This document shows, piece after piece, positions 49,602 to 62,842 of a stretch of DNA of 64,000 nucleotides; the stretch's first letter is position 1, and each line of letters opens with the position of its first letter. The DNA is from Amoebidium appalachense (lineage: Eukaryota; Protista; Ichthyosporea). The position numbers were made by a program, and so were the translations under genes. The stretch lies in assembly GCA_963693365.1 (NCBI GenBank), contig CAVNZM010000009.1:3536231-3600230 (forward strand), in the 5' to 3' direction. The notes beneath the pieces are model-generated. The model saw nothing but the letters and a program-made list of their open reading frames with translations. It was not told where the DNA came from and searched no databases.

Positions 49602-50504
49602 GTTAGCGGGTGGTCGCTTTTGCTGCTGGAAAACAAAAAGGAAAAAAAAGGAAGTTTATGCTTGCAAGTGCTGTGCGAATACTGGAAGCGATGTACAGCT
49701 AAGCAATTTTGAGCTCGAGAGCGCACTGAAATCTGCAGCAAGCGGTCATCCGTTTATATACTTTTTGTGTGGATCTTACAACCAATCATAATAGTTCTGG
49801 TTTGTAGCCAATTATAAATGGTTGTGAGATCCACCAATCAAATGCTTTGTAAAGCTTTTTTGCGTCGTCGGTGACGTCACCGTGACCACGGTGAGTCACC
49901 AGCGGGCCTGCCTTGCCCCCACCCTCACTTTCCCTCGCCCCCTCCTTCTTCCAGGGCCCCAACCTTCATTCCATTTTCGGATGCTTTCACTTGCTTCTAT
50001 CTTTTTCTTCTATCATCCATTCCCTTCTGTGTATTGATCATTTAGCTTTTCTCTTCGAAAGCAGTTGGCCTGGAATGCCCAATGTCATCTGTGGAATTTT
50101 CATCTTCACATGGGTATTTCCTGTGGAATTTCCAGGATCAGCTGGCCGCGGCCCCTGGCACAACCAACCCGAAAATACAAGCAGAAATACGATCTTCTTC
50201 TTCACTGCAGTTTCCCAGTAATCATATGCATCATTTTTATAAGAAGGTACACGTCAACGTTGTTCGAATTGATAATAAGCATGAACAAGCGGATGGATGT
50301 TCGCTCGAAAGACAAATCAGAAAGAAACAGAAAAGGGAGCACGTGCAGGGCGTTGTGCGGACTCTGAAGGCGGATGACGGCAAAACCCTTCTATTTAGAT
50401 CGCGAAACACTATCCCCATACATAGTGTCTACTTCTCAAAAACACCCCCAGTACGTCACAGACTCACAGGTGCACTGTGCTCGCTTCTTCACTCTATTAT
50501 GTAG

Positions 50505-51030
<526 letters not shown>

Positions 51031-51308
51031 TGTGTGTGTGTGTCACAGTGTGTGTACACTGCCAGTCGTAAATTTGTGTTGCAGCAGTGTGTGCGTGCAC
51101 ATGTCTGCACATGGAAGTGCATACATCGTGTGTACGTGCAAACGCCGAACATATAACGGAACCTATAGTTTTACAGCTTGTGTGAGCGTGGTGAGGACTC
51201 TGAGAGGATCCGACATGCTGATCTTTTCATTGCGTGCTTCAACGGTGACATCAATACTGTTTGTATACTGATATTCCTATTTTTTTTATTGCTTTATAAA
51301 AACTTTTT

Positions 51309-51569
51309 GGCCCGGGTACCATATCAGGAGCGGGCAATTTTTGAATTCTCCCTCCCCGGCCCCGCCGGGGAAAATTTGAGGTTTTTGGACCTCAAAGAAG
51401 TCAAATCCTGCAAAATCCACTACCGGGAGGCCAAAAAGGGTGATTTTACAAAAAAGGAGGGACATACATGAAAAAGAGAAAATGGGCGAGTTCAGTGGGC
51501 TGCCGATAAGTATATTTCGTGCTGGGCCGGTATACATGCTGCCGTGGTTGTTGCTGTAGACGGCAGTAT
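51309..51569. repeat. 261-bp direct repeat, left copy
   Basis: GGCCCGGGTACC...GACGGCAGTAT, identical by eye to 62084-62344. The ORF track shows the same peptide in both places. Confidence 0.97.
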
Positions 51570-52185
51570 GGCATCGCATGTGTCACGTGACCTGCACGTG
51601 AATGCGACCATGTGCAGGCACTGAGTCTAGGGGGATTTGTATGTGTGTTTTGGAGCACCGACAAGGCAGAGCCAGGGTGAGGGATGTGTAAACATGGAGT
51701 TTAGGGAGATCGTGCTGCTATTGTAACATGTGCACAAAACAGCCACGTGCACCGGCACACTCCGGTGTACAGAACAATAATATGCACATGCGTCACTGTA
51801 ATATCATGTATGCGCATGCCGCACAAGGTTTAGGAGACCACCACAGTATATACTATTTTCTTTTGGTTGATATCCATGTAGGAATGGTGTGTTGCAGTTG
51901 TCATGATCAGCCTGAGGCAGGCACGTGCACTCACTGAATCACTAGAACTCATGAATAAAAAATACATTCGCTAAAAACGGCAAGGTAAATTTGGGGCCAA
52001 GCTATTATTTCCCCCTTTTAAACGTTTTTTTAGCTCCAAGAACTTCGACGCCAAAATTTCTATATTTGGCCATCGTATATGATAATGAACACGTGTACTT
52101 AAATTAAAGTAGTTATATAAATATGAGCGGCCCGTTACAAATACAGTGACGAAAAACAGTGACCCACGAGCAGTTTTTCTTTCTA

Positions 52186-52240
<55 letters not shown>

Positions 52241-53567
52241 ACACACACCAGACACACACACCACCACCACGGTGACCACCACCACCACCACCACCACCAC
52301 TCACCCCTTAAAAAAACCACACACATACGTGCACGTGTACACACACACACAGAACACCACCACCACCTCCACTGGACCCCATTTCCTCGTTGTTTTCTTA
52401 AGCCTTCAGACCAGTCCTGCACACTGGAGTTAAACAATTGAATTCACCTAGGCTGACATGCATCCACCCCCGCCTTCCACTTCCCTCCCCCCCACCCCCA
52501 CCCCCCCCCCCCCCACCCCCACCCCCTCCCCCTCGATGAAGAAGGGCCCCCGTAAGCCTTGGGGGGGGGGGGGGGGGGGGGGGGGGAGGAGGGGGAGCTC
52601 TTGAGCCTCCGGGTAGGGAAGTGGGGTCCGGGGATCCGGAGAGGAGGGGGGGGGGGGGGGGGGGGGAAGGGGCATATAATATTGGGCCTAGATATCATAG
52701 TATGGGGCCCCGGGGGGAGGGGAGAGGTGGGGGGGGGGGAGGGGGGAGGATCCACGGGAAAGACCTTTAGGTGCATGTTCTTATTTATACCCCCTTCGAA
52801 TCATCCCCCCTCTCCCCCCTCCCCCCTGAGTGCAGGCCGTGACGTAGCTACGATAACCCTGCAGAAGGCAACAAAAATGTATTAATTACTAGCACTATAC
52901 ATGTGTTCATAGTGCAGCTTGCACCACGTATGATCTCAGCAACTTTAAAGTAGTCACAAAGTTTAGTTATTTTCATTATTTTCATTGCTCTGAACTCTAT
53001 TACTCTGAAATGATCACCGTGCATGTGCCGCAAGATAACAACCCTATATGTGTGCAGCTGCTGCCTGCAGGTTAGACTCGCTGAAAAGACAATTGTCAGT
53101 GTGCATCCGACGCTTGCAGCTGCAGCTAGCCTCTGCAACATTAATACTTGCCAAGTGAATGCTCTTACACTTGATCATCATTCACTCAAAAAACCGAGGA
53201 CCGACAGATTAAATATTAATGTCGATCCGAATGATCAGCAAGTGTCTATGCGTACTACTATATATACACACACGTAAAATGCGAAGCTATCAGTTACAAG
53301 GCACACCTGCTGCACTGGCACACATACACATACACACCGGCAGATCGATGCTGTCAAAATTTACTTTCATGTACTTCGTAGGTCCGACACAGGTGCACAT
53401 GAACACGTACATATGTACAAGCCGCGCACACACCACACCACACATACACACACACACACACACACACTCACACACACACGCACACACGCACACACGCACA
53501 CACGCACACACGCACACACGCACGCACGACACACACACACACACACACGCACGCACGCGCGCGCGCG

Positions 53568-53658
<91 letters not shown>

Positions 53659-54071
53659 CACTGGGTGCGCTCGCTGGGGATTAGTTTTTTGGCACGCTGT
53701 TGACTTTATCGTGTGTTTATTATTTGCTATTTATTGGCCAGCGGCCAACATTTAAAAATATACTATATACCTAAAAATAAATACTGACTACGGCCAGCAG
53801 ACATTATACACCTTCCAGGACACATTAACACCAATAGTCTAACACACCATACTCTCGATCACAAAGAATTCCTAACAAACAGAGAAAAGTGCAAAGGCTC
53901 TGTACTATTACTCAGATTCTAAACTTTAATTCTTTACAGTAAACTTCGGAATGAAAGCTAGCCCCCCCCCCCCCCCCCCCCCTCCCCCCTAACATGACTG
54001 TACGAAGAACAGGTATAACTTGAAGCACTACAACACATATGAGATCCGTTACATTGGTGTACATTCCAATA

Positions 54072-55740
54072 TTAGACACTAGTTTGGCTACTCTGACTAC
54101 TCTGAGATCCTGATTGGCTGCCTGCAGACTTGCGGCCACGATTACTTTGCTTTCGATCGTGCCATTGCAGCTGCGTCTCTCCAGCAGGTGGCAACGCCAG
54201 GCCCAGCACAGCAGATGCACGAGAAGGGGGTGGGAACTGCCCACCAGCCGAGGGCTGGCCCACATGGCCCAAGTAAGGATGGGGACCGTGCTGCGGCAGT
54301 AGCCCAGGCATGGGGAAGGCAGGGCCGGGCTGAGGCGGCATGATGCCCCACGGTGGGGGCCAGCCATGTGGGTGGTGCGGGCCTGGATGGGGTGCAGGGG
54401 GCATGTGCGGCACATGGCCCTGCTGCATGTCAAGCGCGGGTGCTGGTGGCATGGCATCCTGATTGGCTGCAACCCAACGTGGGCAGCTCTTGGCCCGATT
54501 GGAGCCGGGGCAGCCCTTGCCCTGGCGGCCACACGTCTTGCAGGTCTTGGGGGCTCTCTGGGGTGGCTGCATAGGAGGGGGCACCGGCAAATCCATCTGC
54601 AGGGGCCCCTCAGGGCCAATGTTGCGATGCTTTTTGCCCACTAGCATGGGCAAGGGCCGCTCACGCTGCGCCCCTGCATCGACACCGTCTGGAACAGGGA
54701 GGGGTGGCAGGGGGGCAGGCCGTATGGTTGCTGGCACAGCGTCTGCCCTCTCCTCGCGCATACGCTTGCGGTGATCTGCCAGGCCCTCGTGTGTGGAGCG
54801 CTGTGCATGTGCCGTCTGCCAGGTCTTCCACTTGTCGAAATGCTTCTTGATGTAGGCCGCATCCTTCATGTAGATTCCCCCAGCCACAGAGGCAGCCTTG
54901 TTGAAGTCTTGGGCCAAAGCCTCGAACAGCTGGCCGTTGGGCTTTGCATGTGCCTTGTAGGTGCCCAGGAGCAGCGTGCTGAATAGCTTGCGCTCCTGAG
55001 GGGTAAGCACCGGAAGGAAGGGGATGGCCACATGTTGCTTCTGCGCCAGGAACTTGTAGTCGCCCCTCAGTGCAGGGTCCGGCTGTGGTGCACCACGCGC
55101 CACCTGGTTGCCCCCCCCCATGGCAGCACCGTCACCCTCCTCGACCTCACAGTCCTCTGGCCCGCCCATCACGCCATTGGCTGCAGGCTCGATGTTATCA
55201 GACGGAGGTGGGGGTGCGGGCACCGCAACTGGCTCCTGCGCCGGGGCATTGGCCACACAGGAGAGCGGGGCAAAGTTGAAGTACTCCTCCGGTAGCTTGT
55301 AGCAGCCTACGGGTACCCACTGGGGGTCGAGGTGATGGCCGTACAGCATCAGCGCCAGTGCCTCCATGTCGTCAACAATCCAGGGGCTGTAGTGGGGGGC
55401 CCCCGATGCCTGGCCCAGGCGGTTGCGGTAGTGTGCACGCAGGTTGTGGCGGTGGCGCCTATTGGACATGGTGGCGTCCAGCAGGCGCAGCGACATGCGT
55501 GTGGCCCCAAAGTGGGTGGCCAGGGGGTTGTGCACTGCCCCCTCCACCTCGTTGGTGCCCCGGATGCAGCGGTAGCGCATGAGCCCATCTGCGTCGGCAG
55601 TGGTCTCGTAGTAGAGGGGCAGGCCGGGGGGGTCCGACAGACAGCCATTTTGGGCGTGTTCGAGCAGCGACTGTGGGGGCACAAGCAAACATCAGAGAGA
55701 TGGGTGGGTGGTGGTGGTGGTAGTGTGTGTGTATGTGTGT

Positions 55741-55791
<51 letters not shown>

Positions 55792-55863
55792 TGGGGTTGC
55801 TAAGGAAAAAAACGAGCAGGGAAAGGCAAAAAACAACTGGCTAGGCAGCAAGGGCCGTGCGGG

Positions 55864-55919
<56 letters not shown>

Positions 55920-56043
55920 ATGTTTGGGGGGGGGGGGGGGGGGGGGGGGGGAGGCTAGGGTGTGCGTGTGTGTGCAGATGAACCAAGGATGACAAATAAG
56001 CGAAGAATCTTTTCTGTGGTGGTGGAGTTGTTGGGCGCCTGCA

Positions 56044-56074
<31 letters not shown>

Positions 56075-56510
56075 TGCTGCCTCGAGTCTTTCAAAGCCAT
56101 CCTTCTTGAACAGAGGCTTGCCATCCGGTCCGGGCGGCACATCCTTGTAGGTGTTTTTGAACTCCACCAGCCGCGAGACCAGCGTGTATGGGTCGGGAAT
56201 AACCCGCCGGATGCGCTCCATGAAGTAGCTCAGGTAACCGCCCTTGAGCTCGGTTTCAATGTCGATGCCCTTCTGCTCCAGCACCCCCTGTGAGGCAGGA
56301 TGCCAATATTAATTTACTACGCACACTGCAATTTGGGTTTGGTAGACTTTGATACCTGCCGTTATTGTAGGACCCCTCCCCTCCACCCCCCCCATCTTCT
56401 CCCCCAACACAAGTAAAAAATGCATGTGGCTATTTCCCCCCACAACCCTACATTATTTCTCTCTAGGCATATGAATAACCCCCACTCTCCTCCCCCCCTC
56501 CCCCCCCCCC

Positions 56511-56542
<32 letters not shown>

Positions 56543-59245
56543 TTGCCCCCCTCTCTCTGAGGCTCAGGCTCTCTCTCTTCCCTCAGAAGTTTTGTCGAAG
56601 GTGTGCATGGTTGTGGGTGGAATGGTGAGTGTGTGCTAACGAGTGTATGTGTGTGTGCGCGTCAGTCACGCATGTTGTTGTTGCCGTTTTTTTTATTTTT
56701 ATTTTTTATTTTTTATTTTGGGGGGGGGGGGGAGGGGGGGGGGGCACCTTCACATGTCCGTAATCCTCTTCATTCCACACAAATATTGCCTCGCTGAGTG
56801 CGCGTGCGTACTCAGCCCTGCGGGGGTGTGACTTGTACGTGCCGTCCGCCGTGTTTGCAATGGAGTGGAAGGCGTCATTCAGCACAGTCTGCCACACCAC
56901 CTCCCCAGGCGGTGCCTGGCCCAACATGCCCTCTCTGGGAGCTGCCTCGGGTCCCCCTGGGGCTGCCTCAAGGCCCCCCGGGGCTGCCTGGGGGTCCTGG
57001 GGGGGTGCCTGTGGGCCGGCAAGGGGTTGCTGCTGCTCGGCAGGGGGAGGACTGGCAGGGAGAGGGGCTGGGTCAGGGACCACCGGCACCTCGGCACCTG
57101 GGTCCGGTGGGGGCTGAATGGGCCGTAGCCACTGCAGGTGCACCATCAGCTCAAAGGGCGGCGGGCCCAGCTCTCCCAGGGTCTTGCCCTTGTCGGGGCC
57201 AAAGGGCACCTGCATGGCCGGCGACAGCACCTGATCCACCCGCACCACTGCATGCTTCTTGCCCACCTTCATGCCCCCCCAGCGCTCCGGCTGCACAGCC
57301 AGCACCACCCCGGTGGCTGCTGCAGCATGTGGGCCCCGCCGGGGCACAATCTCAACCCCTTCACCGAGTGCCTTTGCATGAAGCCGCGCTGCATGTCATA
57401 GAGGGAAGCAAAAAACTCAGCCAAAAAGCCACAGCACCAACGTTTTTCTCTTCGCTCCACAAAAATCAAATGCATATTCCTTAGCAACCCCCTTCCCCCC
57501 CCCCCCCCCCTTCTCCCTCCCCCCCCCCCCCCCTCTCCCAGTGCCCAGCTTGTGTGGCACTTGCACGTGTTAACAGTGCTATAGCCCCCCCCCCCCCCCC
57601 CCCCCCCCCCCCCCACCACCACCACCACCAATCACCCCCTCCTTTGATAGCCACCCGACACCCAGCATAACACAACTGGAACACTGGCCCATGTGGTCAG
57701 CCACCCCCCCCCCCCCCCCCCCCCCCCTCCTCCCCCTCCCCTCTCCTCTGGGGGGCCCACAATCTTTCTATATCTGGCATAAGCACATAAGCACTGGGGC
57801 AAAAAGCAGGTGGGATACACACCTGACAGGTTTGGCCTATCGACCACGGCCGAGTAGACCTGCAGGGACGCATATGCATCAAGGGCAGCGTAGGTGGCCT
57901 GCACCTCTGATAGCGGCTCGTGCCAGTTGGAGCATCGAACAAGTGCCGGCTTGGGCAGCTTCTTGCCTATGACCTGGGCAGTGATGTCGGCCAAGCCCCG
58001 GGCCGCAGAGGTGATAGCTGCACGGGCATAGCAGAACCGGCCCAGCTCCAGATAGCTGGCCACAGGGGTGCCGTAGTCCTTGTTGAGGTGGGCCGAGTCC
58101 GTGCCGATCTGCTTGCCCACCTTGATGATGCTGGGGTCCCTAAGCAGCGCAATCAGCTCGTCCACCAGCCGCGCGGGCGGGCTGTGGTTGGGGCCCATGC
58201 GTGCCAAGTGGAAGATGTACACGGCCCGTGCGGTGGCAATCTGCAGCGTGCAAACCTTGGACCGCGCCTGGCCCACCCGATAGACCCACTCGCAGTCCAG
58301 CCCCACCACGCGGTGCTGCTGCCCCTCCAGGTCGGCACGAATGGCCGCTGTAGCCACCACCGCCCCCTGGCAGTCGGTGTACACCGGCTTAGGGTAGTTG
58401 GCCGGCAGCTCCAGCCCAGGCAGACCGTCCGTCACGCTTACCAGCGCAGCCTCGTTCAGACGGACGGGGCATTTTGGCCGGGCTAGGGTTGGAAACATGC
58501 GCTCAACAAACGCCCGGTCTTGGCAGCACCGATCTGTGTAGAAGAAGGCCGGGCCCTTGCTGTTGAGCGCCGCCGTGGTGGCAGAGATGCGCTGGATCAC
58601 GGGCTCAATCTCCTGGTGGCTGCAGTCCCGTGTAAATACCTGCGCCCGGATCTCTGGGGTGCCGCACTGTGTGAGAGGGCATCTCCGAGCAGCCATGCAT
58701 GTTCTAGCTTCCCTTACCACATGGCCCCTCACGAGACTTCAGTGCCCACACAATCCTTTCCCCCTCCCTCCCCCCAAACCCATGTGCCCACATACTTTCC
58801 CCTCCCTCTCCCCCAAAACCCTTCCCCCTCCTTCCCCCCAAACCCATGTGCCCACATACTTTCCCCAGGCCTCCCTTTCCCCCAAAATCTTCCCCCCCCC
58901 CTCCCCCCTAAACCCATGTACCTACAATCCTTCCCCCTTCCTCCCCCTAAACCCTTGTGATCACAATCCTTTCCCCCTCTCTGCCTTCCCCCCAAACCCA
59001 TGTGCCCACGATCCTTCCCCACTCCCCCTCCCCCCAAACCATGGGACAGCCCTCCATATGGCACCTACTGTCCCCCCCCCCCCCCCCACCCCACCCAGGG
59101 CCTCTTGCCCTCTCTACCTTCAACCCCGACGGTGGTGTCTCTCCCCCCCCCCCCCCCCCCCCTGCATCCCTTGCAATCACTGGCCCCTACTCCCATTCTG
59201 CTTGGCAGAAGCTTGCCCCCCCCCCCCCCCCCCCCTCCCCCCCCC

Positions 59246-59289
<44 letters not shown>

Positions 59290-59527
59290 ATTCCCCGCCA
59301 AAAGAAAGCTCCACCCCAGCCCACCCCAATCTCTACCCAGCAAAAACACATACACACATATCTGGAGCTTCCTAGTTTTTGCTCGACAGGGCAAGAATTG
59401 TCCCCAAAACCCACATACTACAAACCTCTACTCACAGTGTGCCACCTCATTAAATGTGGAGCCTAAGAGATTTAAAGGCCCTAGAGGGGGGAGGGGGGGG
59501 GGGGGGGGGGGGGGGGAGGGGGGGCGT

Positions 59528-59558
<31 letters not shown>

Positions 59559-59997
59559 GGTGGGCGTGTGTGGGGGGGGGGGGGGGGAGGGGGGGGAGAG
59601 GGGGCCTGGGGGAGAGTGGGGGGAGGGGGGAGAAGAGGAGGGACCACACACCGCCAAGCTCGTTTACACAAGTCCATAGGCCTCGGTACAGAGGCTCCCC
59701 ATTGATGCCGGTGAGCTTCCCAATTTGGAAGGTGTGGTCGGCCTTGAGCACGTTGTTTACGGGCTTGAGCTGCGTGTCCAGGCTCTGGTACTTTGCCGTG
59801 CGGTCGCTGAACTCAGTATACACGGCACTCAGGTATTTGCCTGAACCCCAAGTACTGTTAGAACTCCACCACCCTCCCATCAGGACCATCCCCCCCATTC
59901 CCTCTAGTCCCTCGTGTTCATCTCACCTCTCTGTATTTTCGTAAGTCTGTATGGCTTTTCCCATCTCAAAAACGCTACACACCCATCTCCGGCCGTT

Positions 59998-60035
<38 letters not shown>

Positions 60036-60219
60036 CCCCGCCTCCCGGCGCGCGCAAACCCTCCAAGTCATTGCACCAACTTTCACCTTCTTTCCCCTTT
60101 GTGCCCCATCTGCAGTTTGTCCCCTGCACGTCCGTTTGCCCTTCCCCCCACACCCTCCTGCCACTACTATAATAACCATTAAGTACCGCCACCAAGATCC
60201 AGTCTACCACCATGTGCCC

Positions 60220-60251
<32 letters not shown>

Positions 60252-60509
60252 CCCTCTCCACCTCCTTTCCCCCAACACACACAGACACACATGCGCACAC
60301 CCACCATCTAATTTCAGGCATAACAGTTCTCCACGATTTCCCAAGCACACTCACTGGTACATGGACCGTTATGCTTTCACCCCTCTGATGATCCCTCTGC
60401 CCTCCCCCCCCCCCCCCCCCCCCCCCCCCACCACCACCACCACCACCACCACCACCATGACTGATTGCCACCACCACCACCTAATCCATCACCATGTCCC
60501 CCCTCCCCC

Positions 60510-60559
<50 letters not shown>

Positions 60560-61944
60560 GGACCCACAAGTACACGCACACTCACAGGCGCACATCCACC
60601 ACCACACATCCACCACCACCATAATAGAAACTTATTGACCACACTTCCAAAACCATTTCCAAGTCCCCCCCCCCCCTAAAAAAAAAATAAAAATAATAAA
60701 ACAAAACCCTACCAAGCCAACCCAAAAAATGCCCAAGCACGGGCATACAAAACAATGGGGACCATTTACACACCCAAAATGCAGTGCACACTTGCCTGAA
60801 GGCACATGTCCAGCGTAACCATTTTTGTCACCAAACGCCGAGAACTTAGCCGCCTGCTCCTCTGGGGGAAGTTCTGTCAGGCGCTGGTCGTGGGGGCGGA
60901 AATCGTTACGCTTTTTGAGTTCATACTTGGTCCAATGCAGCGCCCTCGAGTAATACAGGAGCCGCTGCTCGTCGTATCGCTGCTTGTGGAGCTCCGAGAG
61001 GAGGGTGGCAAAGGCGTTTGGGCCCACACCTTTGTCTGCCAGTGCACGCAACAATGTTACCACCTTTAGGTCGAGCCCACTGCGGTGGCTAAGGTAGGCC
61101 GGAAACTGATCACGCATGAAGAGTGGAAGGCGTTTAATTGTCTGGGGGTTTGTGCCGGCAAAGTTTTTTTTGCATGTGTCACAAAAGTACCGGGCCGTGA
61201 TAATGTAGTAGCAGCTGTCAAAGTCGATAACACGCCGTCCTACGGGGTTGCTCATGAACCCATTGCGAGAAGTACGGTGTGGGTTGGGGTGGTTGTGGGG
61301 GTCCACGTAGTGATCATCGAAGGGGCACGGCACCATGAAACCGGGAGACAACCTTTCCGGAAGCCAGGCAAAACATCTGGGTTTGTAGAAAGGCGCTGGA
61401 TCGCCCCCAAATTTAAAGCCTATAATGGGAGGTGGAAGATGCCACCCCACAGGCGTCTTCTCATCTTTGAGACTCTCTTTCACTGTGTGCAGGTGCGACT
61501 TGATTGTTTCGCCCGCCGCGTCAGAAAACTCCTCTCCACCGTCATCCCCGTCCGTATTATCTTCTCCCTCTTCCTCCCCTTCATCCTCGTCTACCCGGTA
61601 CGCATCTGCTGCTGCATTTAGCAAAGGTTCCTCGTCGGGTTGCACCTGTATGTCTGGTGGGTGTGGAGCAGGGGCCCGATCCATTTCTCTTGGTAACGAA
61701 TGGACGCTACCTGCCTCAACTACACGGGCCCTTATGTCGGCGGCCTTAGATAGAGGGGGCTGTTCGGGTTGTACGTTTACGTTTAGTTCCTGCAAAACAG
61801 CTTTGTTTGCCGTCCCAAAACCTGCAAAGTTCGCTAAAGGCTGAACAAATGCAGCATCTTTTTTTTGCGCCCAGCTCCCTCCCTAGCTCCGCCTGTTTTA
61901 TGCCCAGGGCGCTGTGTTGTGCCCTTAGGGCAGCCTGGCTTCAT
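54072..61944 (-). CDS. Dada-type DDE transposase (DUF6729-like N-terminus) with inserted DEDDy 3'-5' exonuclease; 6 exons, ~1540 aa; 1-nt frameshift in an A8 run at 61859-61866
   Basis: Exons 61944-60796, 59840-59652, 58653-57823, 57388-56748, 56287-56081 and 55670-54072 splice in phase. Catalytic-type motifs LKADHTF (D1), YTDRCC (D2), LNDAFH (DxxH), SDPPG, RGTNEVEG (E). Exonuclease GLDCEW / IGTD / YAALDA lies between D2 and DxxH. C-terminal CKTC..C..C. Confidence 0.85.
58740..59045. repeat. Degenerate ~40-50-bp minisatellite (ccccaaacccatgtgcccaca..tcc) in transposase intron 2
   Basis: The unit recurs about 6-7 times with variable C-rich spacers. Confidence 0.8.
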
Positions 61945-62083
61945 TTTAAACACTTGGGGCCTGGCCCCCTGCCCCCCTAGTGCGACTACGTTACCGCAAA
62001 CATTCCCGTATTCCAGTGTGCTCGGCAATGCTGCTCATGGCCTTCCCGGACTGGTTGTGACCAGTAAAGAGCGCGCCAATTCC

Positions 62084-62344
62084 GGCCCGGGTACCATATC
62101 AGGAGCGGGCAATTTTTGAATTCTCCCTCCCCGGCCCCGCCGGGGAAAATTTGAGGTTTTTGGACCTCAAAGAAGTCAAATCCTGCAAAATCCACTACCG
62201 GGAGGCCAAAAAGGGTGATTTTACAAAAAAGGAGGGACATACATGAAAAAGAGAAAATGGGCGAGTTCAGTGGGCTGCCGATAAGTATATTTCGTGCTGG
62301 GCCGGTATACATGCTGCCGTGGTTGTTGCTGTAGACGGCAGTAT
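62084..62344. repeat. 261-bp direct repeat, right copy (ends exactly where an LTR begins)
   Basis: Identical by eye to 51309-51569; the next bases are TGTAAACA of an LTR. Confidence 0.97.
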
Positions 62345-62824
62345 TGTAAACAACTGTACACATGAACTGTACATGTTTACTAAAGAATGTGATCTACTAG
62401 CACACGATTCGTGCTTTGTCATGAATATCACATAAATATTATGTCCGCACCAATAGGACTCACTCTGACCTAAGAATTGAACCATATATGGTTCTTCAGC
62501 TGCATACCACATAAACGAAGTGAACCAATAAGAGGTTTGCATAAATAGGACAAAGGTCTGACTGGCTCGGACCGCACCAGAATCACGAATGGCATGTTGC
62601 CACCCGCGCTGGCCGCGGATGAACCAATCCTGGGCCTTGATCCGAAACCTGGGGGCTATATAACAAAGCCGTCCCAGTACGGGGATCACATCAGTGAAGT
62701 CTGAGACAGACTGAGTCGGCCCATAGTAAAAGCAACCTGGCCGCGTGTGCCTTTCTACCCGTTCTCTGTCTTTATTTTGATTCAGTTGTACTCTGCCTTA
62801 TCCTAACTAGTCCAACTGTTTACA
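62345..62824 (+). repeat. 5' LTR (480 bp) of a further LTR retrotransposon
   Basis: 8-bp perfect inverted ends TGTAAACA...TGTTTACA, TATATAA at ~62657, and a PBS directly after. Confidence 0.85.
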
Positions 62825-62825
62825 T

Positions 62826-62842
62826 TGGCGACCGCGGCAGGA
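62826..62842 (+). promoter_or_regulatory. Primer-binding site complementary to the 3' end of tRNA-Arg(TCG)
   Basis: TGGCGACCGCGGCAGGA is the reverse complement of TCCTGCCGCGGTCG-CCA, the 3' end of eukaryotic tRNA-Arg(TCG) as recalled. Confidence 0.8.

Larger units (their letters stand above)
51309..62344 (-). mobile_element. Dada-type DNA transposon unit bracketed by long direct repeats (true termini uncertain)
   Basis: A single transposase gene lies between two identical 261-bp repeats. No TIR or TSD was found. Confidence 0.7.

Noticed and set aside
51200-51345. Bona fide U4 snRNA gene
   Set aside because: The Sm-like site and central motif resemble U4, but the U6-pairing 5' stem II and the k-turn are not recognisable. 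Kept only as a hypothesis in findings.
51309-62344. LTR retrotransposon interpretation of the 261-bp repeats
   Set aside because: No TG..CA ends, PBS, PPT, gag or RT; the enclosed gene is an intron-containing DDE transposase.
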